Below are positions 31,292 through 40,370 of a DNA stretch of 53,484 nucleotides, one piece after another. Each line of letters opens with the position of its first letter. Position 1 is the first letter of the stretch. The stretch is from NCBI GenBank assembly GCA_038054875.1, contig JBBUJK010000009.1, forward strand, positions 1 through 53,484, in the 5' to 3' direction. The notes beneath the pieces were generated by a model, which made no database searches, was not told where the DNA came from, and was given only the letters and a program-made list of their open reading frames with translations. The stretch is from Patescibacteria group bacterium (GTDB taxonomy: Bacteria; Patescibacteriota; Patescibacteriia; 2-12-FULL-57-11). The position numbers and the translations under genes were made by a program.

Positions 31292-31756
31292 TCACGTAAT
31301 GTCTACCGGCCCAGTATACGGGCCACCGGGCGCCGGGGACAAGCCGTCCCTCGACCCGGCTCGGGACAGGCGGAACGTCCAAAGCTTTTGGCCGGCAAAG
31401 TTCCAAACCGCGGTCATGACTAAGGCAATGACCTTGGCGACAAGATCATAGAGGCCGAATTGCGAGATACCGAGATACAACACGAGCGAGTTGATCGCCA
31501 AACCGATCAATGTCACGGTCAGAAACTTCGGGAATTGTGCGCGGTGCGAGCCGTGGTTGACGCGAAAGGTGACGCGCCGGTGCATCGTGTACGCCCAAGC
31601 CACGGCCACGACGAACGAGCAGACGTTGGCCAGGAGGTACTGCTCACGAAAGAACGGCAGGCTGCGCGTCAGGGCAAAAAACCCCAACCAATCAACGGCC
31701 GTGGCGGACAAACCCACCAACCCGTAGCGCACGGTCTGCCAAAACAAGGCGCGCAT
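31292..31756 (-). CDS. GtrA-family membrane protein
   Basis: RYGLVGLSATAVDWLGFF and WNFAGQKLWTFR motifs, four TM helices; ATG 31756 preferred over the TTG at 31768. Confidence 0.75.
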   Translation of the reverse strand: MRALFWQTVRYGLVGLSATAVDWLGFFALTRSLPFFREQYLLANVCSFVVAVAWAYTMHRRVTFRVNHGSHRAQFPKFLTVTLIGLAINSLVLYLGISQFGLYDLVAKVIALVMTAVWNFAGQKLWTFRLSRAGSRDGLSPAPGGPYTGPVDIT

Positions 31757-31757
31757 A

Positions 31758-34004
31758 TTACAGAGCAAATCCCGTGGCCGGCGCCACCCCGACCGGACCG
31801 ATGGCAGTTCCTGCGCCGAGCAGCGTTTCCTTGAGCAGTTTGCCGATCACGTCGTAACTGCGGATGACGCGGCGCGACGTGGGCTGCACGCCAAGGATCA
31901 AGTCATCGCGGCCGTCGCCGTCGACCTCGCCCAACGCGAACTGGAAACCCTGTCCAAACCCTTCAATCTCGATGTCTCCGACATTCGTGCCGTAGATGGT
32001 GACGAAACGGATGTGACTGCCGTTCAGAACATCGAGCAACCCGATGTCGTCGCGGCCGTCGCCGTTGACGTCGCCGACGGCAACCAGATATCCGGTCCGC
32101 AGATCGGTTCGGTCGGCAAAGAAGCTGGAAACCGCAAGACCCATTCCCGAGAAGACGCGCACATGCGGTCCGCCGCCCGAAGCCGGCACGGTCACAATGT
32201 CGGCATTGCCATCACCATTTACGTCTCCTGCCGCGATGCGCACGCCGCCGCGGAATGTCGATGCGTATGCGAGGAAATTTGCCTTTCGGGCTCCTGTCGC
32301 GGAGAAGACGCGAACCTCCGGCGCACGCGCACCCGTCGGCGAGGTGATGATGTCGGCAACGCCGTCGCCGTCCGTATCAGCCAATGCCAAAGCAAGGCCG
32401 CCACGATACAACGTTTCGTAAGCGAAAAATTCGTCCTTCAATTTTCCAGACAGGGACCAGACGCGCACATGCGGTCCGCCGCCAGGACCCGGCACAGTCA
32501 CGATTTCAAAATTGCCGTCGCCATCCACGTCGGCGAACTGCGCGGTGACGCCGCCGTGGAAGGTCGACCCATATGCCAGAAACGACAACAACATACCGCC
32601 ATCCATGCTCCGCAACGTGACCTCAGGCGGCAGGCCGGCACCGTTCGCGGTGACGAGCGCCTGAAGCGCTACCACGGGCGTGGAGATAGGCTCCGGTGAA
32701 CCTGGCGCGGGTGCAGGCACCGGTGCTGCTGCCTGCGACGGGAGCAAGGTCATAGCACGCGACACGTTGAGGCGACCGCGACCAAGCTTTCCAACATATG
32801 CCAAATTGGCCGGATCAATGCCGTCAGCACCGTTCAAGAGAGCGTCGCGCAATTGCGGTAGGGTCAGTCCGGGACTTGCTGCCTTCAGGAGCGCGGCCGC
32901 ACCGGCCACGAGCGGAGCCGCCAAGGATGTCCCACGATAATAGCCACCATAGGCCTGATCGAAACCGGGCTGAGCGTCATTCTTCACCAGCGTGCTGAAC
33001 ATGCGGACGCCGGGCGCGCTGATGTCGACGCAGGTCCGTCCGAAATCGGAGAAGCTCGCCTTCTTGTCTGCTTCGTCCGTGGCGGCCACGCCGAGCACCC
33101 AGTTCTCCCCGTTCGGACCGTCGGAGCAGGCAGGATAGAGCGGCGTGACGTCCAAGTCGTTGCCGCCGTTCTGTGTAAGGTCGTTGCCAGCTGCAGCCAC
33201 GACAAGAATGCCCGCCTCAGCGGCGCGGCGAATGGCGTCATCCAAAATGGAGCTGCGGTTTGCACCGGAGAAGCTCAGCGAGATCACGCTCGCACCGTTC
33301 TTAATCGCATAGTTGATGCCGTTCACGACGTTCACGACGTCGCCGACACCGGAACTGGAGAGCACGCGCAGCGGCATGATTGAAACGCGCCAGTTGACGC
33401 CCGCGATGCCGGCACCGTTGCCGCCGATTGCGCCGATCTCCCCGGCGATCATTGTCCCATGATTGATGCCACCTTCGGTGAACGCTTCGAATGTCGGTGT
33501 CACCGTGTTGTTCCCCTCGTAGAAGTTCCAACCGTTGATGTCGTCGATGAGTCCGTTGCCGTCGTTGTCGCGACCGTCGAGGATCTCCCGTGGATTCTTC
33601 CAGATGTTTTCACGCAAATCCGGATGCGTAATATCAACGCCGGTATCAAGCACCGCAACGATCACGTTCATGTTGCCGACGGATTTCTCCCAGGCAGTCG
33701 GTGCGCTGATCTTTTGCAGGTACCACTGTTCGTTAAAATACATGTCGTTGGAAGCGAGCACGCTTGCCTGATATGTGGCCAGCGGTTCGGCGTGCGCGAC
33801 ATCCGCCATGTCTGCGAGCGATGCGAGCGTTCCGTCGGCATCAACCGCAGGTACGGTCAGTCGCATCGGCGCATCTGCACCGCGGAATTGCACCGCCAAC
33901 GTGACCGGCTGTTCGGTCGCTGCGAAAACCGGGAGAAAACGGAACACCGTCACCACGGCGAGCGCGGCGACGGCGAAACGATAGTGATAGTGGTCCTCCT
34001 GCAT
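31758..34004 (-). CDS. Secreted subtilisin-like (S8) serine protease with C-terminal FG-GAP/VCBS repeats
   Basis: Triad contexts VAVLDTGVD, HGTMIAGEIG, GTSLAAPLVAG; five repeats DVDGDGNFEIV, DTDGDGVADII, DVNGDGNADIV, DVNGDGRDDIG, EVDGDGRDDLI; signal peptide. Confidence 0.85.
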   Translation of the reverse strand: MQEDHYHYRFAVAALAVVTVFRFLPVFAATEQPVTLAVQFRGADAPMRLTVPAVDADGTLASLADMADVAHAEPLATYQASVLASNDMYFNEQWYLQKISAPTAWEKSVGNMNVIVAVLDTGVDITHPDLRENIWKNPREILDGRDNDGNGLIDDINGWNFYEGNNTVTPTFEAFTEGGINHGTMIAGEIGAIGGNGAGIAGVNWRVSIMPLRVLSSSGVGDVVNVVNGINYAIKNGASVISLSFSGANRSSILDDAIRRAAEAGILVVAAAGNDLTQNGGNDLDVTPLYPACSDGPNGENWVLGVAATDEADKKASFSDFGRTCVDISAPGVRMFSTLVKNDAQPGFDQAYGGYYRGTSLAAPLVAGAAALLKAASPGLTLPQLRDALLNGADGIDPANLAYVGKLGRGRLNVSRAMTLLPSQAAAPVPAPAPGSPEPISTPVVALQALVTANGAGLPPEVTLRSMDGGMLLSFLAYGSTFHGGVTAQFADVDGDGNFEIVTVPGPGGGPHVRVWSLSGKLKDEFFAYETLYRGGLALALADTDGDGVADIITSPTGARAPEVRVFSATGARKANFLAYASTFRGGVRIAAGDVNGDGNADIVTVPASGGGPHVRVFSGMGLAVSSFFADRTDLRTGYLVAVGDVNGDGRDDIGLLDVLNGSHIRFVTIYGTNVGDIEIEGFGQGFQFALGEVDGDGRDDLILGVQPTSRRVIRSYDVIGKLLKETLLGAGTAIGPVGVAPATGFAL

Positions 34005-34012
34005 GACAGTGT

Positions 34013-34705
34013 TCAGGGTTGTTCGGCGATGTGTTGTTTCAGCGAAGCGATCTTCTCTTCAAAGCCAGGATACTTGGCGGCGAGAAGCTCGTAGTACACC
34101 AACGCGTCCTTATATCGCCCTATGTCCTCAAGATATAACGCAAGCGATTGCACGAGAGGTGCGTTGTCCACCAGCGAAGCGAGTCCTGTCTTGTAGACGT
34201 CGATGACATCATTGGAATCCCGTTTGAGATCATACCGCAGAACGTCGACAAGAGTTGTGTACAGCACCGGATCGCCGGGGTTGACCTCGATTGCCTCGCG
34301 GAGAAGACGTTCCGCCTTGTCAGGCTGCGTACGGAGACGGTAGGCGTTTGCTAGGTTCAACAAGAACAGACTGTTCTTACGCTTCGTAACACCAACCCCC
34401 TTCTCGTACCATTCAATGGCGCGATCAAGAAACCGAACGTCGCCGCGGAAATCGTATATCGCCTTCCAGTTGTTGCCGATGCTGAGGTAGAGCTCCGGAT
34501 CGTCCGGAGTGCTCTCGATTTCACGTTGGCGTTTTTCGATGCTCGCAAACATCTCGGCCGTCTGCGGGTCGGCACGAAGCATGTCCGCTTCGGCGGCGGC
34601 CTGTCGGTCGGAAAGCCAGGAACGTCCAAAAAATACCCAGCTCGCGGTTCCCACCACCGCGATACCGAGGACGACGAGCACGGCGATAACAAGCAGCCTT
34701 CTCAT
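34013..34705 (-). CDS. Membrane-anchored TPR-repeat protein
   Basis: N-terminal TM helix; TPR-like helices (AIEWYEKGV, LANAYRLRTQPDKAERLLREAIEVNPGDP, ALVYYELLAAKYPG). Confidence 0.65.
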   Translation of the reverse strand: MRRLLVIAVLVVLGIAVVGTASWVFFGRSWLSDRQAAAEADMLRADPQTAEMFASIEKRQREIESTPDDPELYLSIGNNWKAIYDFRGDVRFLDRAIEWYEKGVGVTKRKNSLFLLNLANAYRLRTQPDKAERLLREAIEVNPGDPVLYTTLVDVLRYDLKRDSNDVIDVYKTGLASLVDNAPLVQSLALYLEDIGRYKDALVYYELLAAKYPGFEEKIASLKQHIAEQP

Positions 34706-34707
34706 AC

Positions 34708-34736
34708 TTGATTCACGGGCTTTCCTGTGGTATGTT
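34708..34736 (+). promoter_or_regulatory. Putative sigma70 promoter (TTGATT -17 nt- TATGTT, TG at -14/-15)
   Basis: Located in the 59-bp divergent intergenic region, -10 ends 28 nt before ATG 34765. Confidence 0.4.
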
Positions 34737-34764
34737 CGCCAGGATTTCCTCCATAGAAAACCAC

Positions 34765-36144
34765 ATGGAACAGCGTATTGTCAAACTGAAACGCGCACTC
34801 TTAGTGGCTGGCGATGCCGCTATTTTGTATGCATCTCTGTGGATCGCGGTGACACTGCGCGGCGCGGTCGCCGGCGGCAGTGCGGTACATTTCACCGACC
34901 ACCTGCTCCCCTATTCCGCGGTCTTTGTGTTATGGCTTGCGACGTTCGCCGCGCACGGGTTGTATGACGTATCACTGGCGCGCAATAATTTCCGCTTTTA
35001 CCGCACCTTTGCATCGGCACTGACGGTCTCCGCGCTCTTGGCCATCGGCTTCTTCTACCTGACGCCGATTGTCGGCATCTCGCCGAAAACAACGCTTCTC
35101 CTTCACCTCGCCGTGTTTGCGGTGCTGTTTGTGCTCTGGCGCACTGCAGTCAACGCACTGTTCTCCGGCGCGCTGTTGCGCACCCGCGTGCTGTTCGTCG
35201 GCGACAACAACGAGATTCGCGAACTGGTCACCGCGCTTCGGGAAAATCCAGCGCTTGGATATGACGTCGCCGGCATCGTGCTGGACTCTGCTTCATCCTG
35301 GCAGACGAAGGACGTTCCCGTGCTCGGCCGCGACTTCGCAGAACTCCCGGCCTACATCCGCGCCGGCCGCGCCGATCTCGTCGTGCTCGGCGTGAGCCCG
35401 CGTTCTTCGCCGGAACTCGCCCGACACCTGTACGAAAGCATCTTCCTCAAGACACGCTTCGTCGACAGTATTCCGTTCGCGGAAACGATCACGCGCCGCG
35501 TGCCAGTGACTGCCATCACGCACGTCTGGTTTTTGGAGAACCTGCGTGAAGCGGAAAAACGCATGACGGACACCATGAAACGTATCGCCGATATTCTGCT
35601 CTCCGCGCTGGGTGGACTCGTCTGCATCGTGCTCTTGCCGCCGATACTCCTCGCCCTGTTCCTGCTTCAGGGCAGGCCGCTCCTGTTCACCCAGATGCGC
35701 GTTGGCCGAGGCGGCATATGCTTCCGCATGATCAAGCTGCGCACCATGGTGCGTGATGCCGAAAAGGACGGTGCCCAGTTCGCGGCACGAGGCGATACCC
35801 GCATCACGCCGCTCGGCCGATTCCTGCGCGCCACGCGCATTGATGAGCTTCCGCAATTCTGGAACGTGCTCGTCGGCGAGATGAGTGTCGTTGGTCCACG
35901 ACCGGAGCGGCCGGAGTTCGTCGCCGAACTTGAGCGCGCCATGCCGTTCTACGCCATGCGCCACCTCGTACGGCCGGGGCTCACCGGCTGGGCGCAGATC
36001 GAGTTCCCCTACGCCAACACCATTGAGCAAAATCTGAAAAAACTGCAGTACGACCTCTATTACATCAAGCATCGCAGCATCGTGTTGGACGCTTTCATCC
36101 TGCTGCGGACGGTACGCATCATTCTCGGAGCGCGCGGACAGTAA
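34765..36144 (+). CDS. Polyprenyl-phosphate sugar phosphotransferase (WbaP/bacterial sugar transferase family), priming enzyme
   Basis: ORF 34708..36144 trimmed to ATG 34765 (MEQRIVKLKR); TM helices then KRIADILLS..RPLLFTQMRVG..KLRTM..PRITPLGRFLRATRIDELPQFWNVLVGEMSVVGPRP. Confidence 0.85.
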   Translation: MEQRIVKLKRALLVAGDAAILYASLWIAVTLRGAVAGGSAVHFTDHLLPYSAVFVLWLATFAAHGLYDVSLARNNFRFYRTFASALTVSALLAIGFFYLTPIVGISPKTTLLLHLAVFAVLFVLWRTAVNALFSGALLRTRVLFVGDNNEIRELVTALRENPALGYDVAGIVLDSASSWQTKDVPVLGRDFAELPAYIRAGRADLVVLGVSPRSSPELARHLYESIFLKTRFVDSIPFAETITRRVPVTAITHVWFLENLREAEKRMTDTMKRIADILLSALGGLVCIVLLPPILLALFLLQGRPLLFTQMRVGRGGICFRMIKLRTMVRDAEKDGAQFAARGDTRITPLGRFLRATRIDELPQFWNVLVGEMSVVGPRPERPEFVAELERAMPFYAMRHLVRPGLTGWAQIEFPYANTIEQNLKKLQYDLYYIKHRSIVLDAFILLRTVRIILGARGQ

Positions 36145-36148
36145 CAGC

Positions 36149-36180
36149 AAAACGTCCCCGCTCAGCGGGGACGTTTTTGT
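36149..36180. terminator. Bidirectional rho-independent terminator between convergent genes
   Basis: AAAACGTCCCCGC-tca-GCGGGGACGTTTTTGTTT. Confidence 0.75.
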
Positions 36181-37131
36181 TTATGCGGCGCGAAACCAGC
36201 GGACAAACTCCTGGAGCCCGCGCTCCAGAGAAAACTGTGGGTCGTAACCGAGTTCGGTTTTTGCGCGGGTGATGTCGGCGTACGTCGCAGGCATGTCTTC
36301 CGACCGCATCGGTTCCCACGTTACGGATGCACGCTTGCCCACGGCTATTTCGATGGCCTGCAGCAGGTCACGTAACGTCACGGTCCGCGATTCGCCGAGA
36401 TTGTAGACGCGATAGCCGTTCGGACGATCGAGCGCGGCGAGCACGCCCTGCACGATGTCGGCGATGTAGGTGTGGTCGCGCGTGGACGAACCGTCGCCGA
36501 AAGCGGTGATGGTCTCCCCCGCCTCGATACGGCGCACGAACTGGTGAACGGCCATGTCGGGGCGCTGGCCGGGACCGTAGACGGAAAAGAAGCGCAGCGC
36601 CGTTACGGGAATGCCAGTGATGGCCTGGAAGGACTCGACGTAGCGCTCCATGGCTTGTTTGGAAGCGCCGTACGGCGATAATGCGGCCTCGAGCGGTTCA
36701 TCTTCACGGAACGGCTTGCCGTCGGTGCGCGTGCCGTAGACGGACGAACTCGAGGCGACAACGGCATGCGCGCACCCCGCAGCGCGCGCGGCCTCGAACA
36801 CTTGGATGGTGCCGATCAGGTTGAGATCAAAATAGAGCTGCGGCAGTGCAAGCGAGGGCCGCACACCACCACGGCCGGCGAGGTGCACGAGCCGATGCGA
36901 ACCGATGCTGGCAAAGGCCGCGGACATGGCGGCCGCGTCGCGGATGTCGGCTTCGATCAACCGAAAATGCGGATGGTCGAGAAATGCGGCGATGTTCCGA
37001 CGCTTGATGGCCGGATCGTAGTAGTCGTCAAAATTGTCGATGATGACAACAATCTCGCCGCGCTCCAGAAGGGAACGGGTGAGATTGCTGCCGATGAAAC
37101 CGGCGCCTCCGGTGACGACGACGGGTGTCAT
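36181..37131 (-). CDS. NAD-dependent epimerase/dehydratase (UDP-sugar 4-epimerase family, possibly UDP-glucuronate 4-epimerase)
   Basis: VVTGGAGFIGSNL, YGASKQAMERY (YxxxK); directly coupled to the Ugd-like gene. Confidence 0.7.
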   Translation of the reverse strand: MTPVVVTGGAGFIGSNLTRSLLERGEIVVIIDNFDDYYDPAIKRRNIAAFLDHPHFRLIEADIRDAAAMSAAFASIGSHRLVHLAGRGGVRPSLALPQLYFDLNLIGTIQVFEAARAAGCAHAVVASSSSVYGTRTDGKPFREDEPLEAALSPYGASKQAMERYVESFQAITGIPVTALRFFSVYGPGQRPDMAVHQFVRRIEAGETITAFGDGSSTRDHTYIADIVQGVLAALDRPNGYRVYNLGESRTVTLRDLLQAIEIAVGKRASVTWEPMRSEDMPATYADITRAKTELGYDPQFSLERGLQEFVRWFRAA

Positions 37132-37931
37132 CCTTTCGGCGGTTCAATGCCCTGGGTGCGGTGCAACTCGTTGTTGAGCTCTTCCACGAGCTTCAAGAGA
37201 CGCATCTCCGAGCCAACGCGGTCGCCCAACTGGATCAGTGCGCGCGTGTCCTTGGGCAGGCACTTCCCGCCGTAGCCGCGATACCCTTTATGAAAAATCT
37301 CCAGGTGAGTGCGGCCAATGCGCTTGTCGGCGGAGACGCCGTCGCGAACCTGATCATACTCGACTCCCAGCTTCTGACAGAGGTCGTACATCTGGTTAGC
37401 GAAGACCACCTTTGCCGAGAACCAGGTGTTGCCATAATACTTGACCATCTCAGCGGCGGTCGCCGGCATGATGCGCTCGTACGGTGCGAGCGGCAGGATG
37501 GCCATGACATCAGCAGCCACCGTGAAGCTCTTGTCCGTGACGCCGAGGATCTGGCGGTCCGGAAACTGCATGTCCTGGTCAGCCGTCATTTCCGTCAAAA
37601 ATTCCGGATTGTACATGATCTTGTGCTGCGGGAACTCCTTCTGGATTTCCAGCGTCGATCCCGGCATGATCGTAGACTTGATAATGACGATCTTCCCAGT
37701 GGAAATATTGCCGATGGCCTCACGGACCATCGACAGGTCAAAACCGCCCTTGGCGGGGTCGTAAGGCGTCGGCACGCAAATGAAGATGACGTCGGCGCGA
37801 TTGACGTCGGCGACCGACCCCTCGTTCTTCCCGGAATCGTATACAAAAGGAACATTTCCGACCTTCTCAAAATAACGGCGGGTGGCACCGCCGACCATTC
37901 CGGTCCCCATGATGCCGATGCTCATCGCCAT
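37128..37931 (-). CDS. UDP-glucose/GDP-mannose dehydrogenase family protein, short form lacking the C-terminal UDP-binding domain
   Basis: IGIMGTGMVGGA Rossmann, NPEFLTE, catalytic GGKCLPKD; ends about 30 aa after the catalytic Cys (267 aa). Confidence 0.7.
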   Translation of the reverse strand: MAMSIGIMGTGMVGGATRRYFEKVGNVPFVYDSGKNEGSVADVNRADVIFICVPTPYDPAKGGFDLSMVREAIGNISTGKIVIIKSTIMPGSTLEIQKEFPQHKIMYNPEFLTEMTADQDMQFPDRQILGVTDKSFTVAADVMAILPLAPYERIMPATAAEMVKYYGNTWFSAKVVFANQMYDLCQKLGVEYDQVRDGVSADKRIGRTHLEIFHKGYRGYGGKCLPKDTRALIQLGDRVGSEMRLLKLVEELNNELHRTQGIEPPKG

Positions 37932-37982
37932 AGAAACGTCAGAAATGACAGAAAAGTATATTAAGCGCAGCGCTGCGGAACG

Positions 37983-39380
37983 TCAAGGTCGCCGCTCTCC
38001 GGCGGCCGTCCTGTAGAGCGTCTCTGCGATGCGCTCCCCGGACCGTCCGTCCAAGGGGCCGCACATCGTCTCACGGAGCCGAGCCCGTCCTTCGGCGCGA
38101 TAGCCGCGATCCTGCAGCGCCTGGAGCAACGCCCGGCGCAAGGCCGCGGCGTCAGTGACCACCTCGACGCCGCCCGAATCGACGACCGGCCGGTAGTGTT
38201 CCATGCGCAGCAGATTACCCGTGATGTCCGTGCCGTCCGCGGCGAACGTCGCGCCGTAGCCGACGTTGAGGATCGGCAAGTCAACGCAGGCCGCGTCCAA
38301 CGAGAGCGTCGAGGCGAAGCAGACCATGGTGTCGCACGCCCGCAGCACGGACGCGAAGTGTTGCAGGTCGGCACGCGACGGATCCCAGGAGTCGTCGAAG
38401 ATGTCCCCCCATTGGAAATCGTCGGACACGATGACTCCCGGCGTCCCGCGAAAAACCTCATACCGCCGGCTGCGCACGTCGCTGAAGTGCGGCCGCAACA
38501 GGAAGAGTACCGGAGAGGGAAACGCCCCGTCCGCGCGCATCGCCAGCAGGTCACGGATAATCTCGTCGTCCTTCGGGGTCCAGACCCCCTCGGAGCCGTA
38601 GAGCACAATGCGCGTCTCGGGTGGATACCCCCAGCGACGCAGCAGCTCCCCTTTCTCGACGAGTCCTTCCGGCCGCACGTAGACGTCGAATTGCGGAAAG
38701 CCGACAACTTCCACTGCGCTCGATGCGAAGTGCTGCAGGTCCACAGCGGCCGTCCGCATCAGATCGTTCTGCGTGAGAAACCGGTTGGGAGCGTTACGGA
38801 TGAGTTGCCGATGCAGATTGTCCCAACCCTTTTGCATGGCCACGGTCGGCACACCATGGCGCTCGGCAGCTTTCATGAGTCCGAGGTCGAAGGTCGAGAT
38901 CACGGAGCCGGAGAACAGCGCGGTCGGACGATGCGTACGGAACAGCGTGTCGTAGCGCGTGACACGGAAGGCGGCGCGATCGAAACGACGCACCGCCGTC
39001 TTCAGCCCCGGATGGCGAGAGAGGGAGGTGAAGAGCCGCCGATGCACGGGGTACCACCATCGCGGCACCGGCTTGACCTTGGCGCTGCCGACACGCGCCA
39101 ACACGTCAGTCGATTCCGTATAGACAAAATTATTGACGAAGGGTCTCCAGAGGCGGTGTTCGATCCACGATTCCTCGTGGCGCGGCACGTAGGCGATGGT
39201 GATCCGTGGATCGCGAAACTCTTCGGCAAGGTAGGCGAGGGCACGTGCGGACTCCGGGAAAATCAACAGGATCCGGACGTCAGAATCCGCCAGCAACCGT
39301 TCCAGGATGCCGGTCCGCAGAATGTTGCGGTTGACGATGCCTCGGCTCGAAACGAAGGCGATGGTCATGGGACGTAACAT
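37983..39380 (-). CDS. GT-B-like protein, possibly TagB/TagF-type CDP-alcohol:polymer phosphotransferase or capsule-synthesis family
   Basis: 465 aa; LLRPHF and CDTMVCFASTLSLDAACVDLPILNVGYG resemble the KPHP and D.SS..fD motifs of Glyphos_transf-type enzymes; assignment weak. Confidence 0.35.
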   Translation of the reverse strand: MLRPMTIAFVSSRGIVNRNILRTGILERLLADSDVRILLIFPESARALAYLAEEFRDPRITIAYVPRHEESWIEHRLWRPFVNNFVYTESTDVLARVGSAKVKPVPRWWYPVHRRLFTSLSRHPGLKTAVRRFDRAAFRVTRYDTLFRTHRPTALFSGSVISTFDLGLMKAAERHGVPTVAMQKGWDNLHRQLIRNAPNRFLTQNDLMRTAAVDLQHFASSAVEVVGFPQFDVYVRPEGLVEKGELLRRWGYPPETRIVLYGSEGVWTPKDDEIIRDLLAMRADGAFPSPVLFLLRPHFSDVRSRRYEVFRGTPGVIVSDDFQWGDIFDDSWDPSRADLQHFASVLRACDTMVCFASTLSLDAACVDLPILNVGYGATFAADGTDITGNLLRMEHYRPVVDSGGVEVVTDAAALRRALLQALQDRGYRAEGRARLRETMCGPLDGRSGERIAETLYRTAAGERRP

Positions 39381-39389
39381 GGGTCGGTT

Positions 39390-40370
39390 TTAGAAACGGT
39401 CGCGGACAATGCGCACCAGGCGGCGCATGCGCGGTCCGAGCCGTTCCGCATCAAAGAATGGGATGCCACGGGCGGCGCTTTTCGCTGCCCGAAGCGCGCC
39501 GTAAAGGCGCTGGGCGCGACGGACGTCGACCGCGACCGCGCGCGGATCGCAACCCACGCGCAACGCTGCATGGGGATAGGCGTCCACGGAATCCGCGATG
39601 CGCACCGCATATGCCTCCATGCCGCTCTTCGGCGCGCGAAGTTTCCGCTGAAAACGGATAATCTTGAAGCCCGCCGCGGCAAAAGCCAAGTGCAAGGTCC
39701 AAGGCGAGAAACTCACCAGATGCGGCACCTGGAAGAAGCTCTCCGGTGGTTCCTGAAGATGCGTCACGTCCGGCACGCAGATGTAGAGGCGCCCGCCGGG
39801 TGCGAGCCGCCGCTCCAGGGCGCGCAGCACGGCGACGGGGTCGGACAAATGTTCAAGGACGTGGGAAACAATGATTAGGTCGAAGCGCTCGGTCACGGGA
39901 GTCTCCAGATATCGTTCCACGGTCCCCGGGAAAACAGGAATACCAAACTCCTCGCGCGCGAAACGCGCCGAGACCTCGGACGGCTCGACTCCCTCGACGT
40001 GGCACTGCACGGCCTTGCGTACGGCCTCGAGGAGGAAGCCATAGCTGCAGCCGATCTCCAACACGTGAGAACCGGCAGCCAAGCCGTCGACCAAACCTTC
40101 GGCCGAGTATTTGGCGGCGCTACCTTTACGCGCGGCGCGTTCCCGGGCCTCAGCCACCGTCTGGATGCGATGCCGTCCCTGGGTGAACTCCGAGCGATAG
40201 TATGCTTCGAGCTGCTCGGCCGCAGGAAAAGGACTCGCAAAGACCAATCCGCAGCGATTGCAGCAGACATTGGTCAGGGCAACGGTGTAGTCGGCCACGG
40301 TGGCGACGACCCGCGCGTCGCGCGAGCCACACAACGGGCAGGGCTGTTGTATCATGGACATAAAGCTCAC
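39390..40370 (-). CDS. Class I SAM methyltransferase with N-terminal CxxC..CxxC zinc ribbon (paralogue 1)
   Basis: CPLCGS..CNRCGLVFASP, VLEIGCSYG, LIIVSHVLEHL, VPDV..FQVPHLVSFSP; GTGA overlap with upstream stop. Confidence 0.8.
   Translation of the reverse strand: MSFMSMIQQPCPLCGSRDARVVATVADYTVALTNVCCNRCGLVFASPFPAAEQLEAYYRSEFTQGRHRIQTVAEARERAARKGSAAKYSAEGLVDGLAAGSHVLEIGCSYGFLLEAVRKAVQCHVEGVEPSEVSARFAREEFGIPVFPGTVERYLETPVTERFDLIIVSHVLEHLSDPVAVLRALERRLAPGGRLYICVPDVTHLQEPPESFFQVPHLVSFSPWTLHLAFAAAGFKIIRFQRKLRAPKSGMEAYAVRIADSVDAYPHAALRVGCDPRAVAVDVRRAQRLYGALRAAKSAARGIPFFDAERLGPRMRRLVRIVRDRF

Noticed and set aside
35293-36150. 285-aa minus-strand ORF
   Set aside because: Antisense to the WbaP-like sugar transferase, which has a full conserved C-terminal catalytic domain.
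37964-37975. 12-bp perfect palindrome CGCAGCGCTGCG after the GT-B-like gene, considered as a terminator
   Set aside because: It has no loop and no adjacent T-run, which is too weak to call. The nearby TATACT (minus strand) may be a promoter for the Ugd-like gene, but there is no supporting -35.
38196-39377. 393-aa plus-strand ORF, and the 248-aa alternative-frame minus ORF at 37961..38707
   Set aside because: Both overlap the 465-aa minus-strand GT-B-like ORF, whose sequence has normal amino-acid composition. These alternatives are Arg/Pro/Ser-rich and lack motifs.
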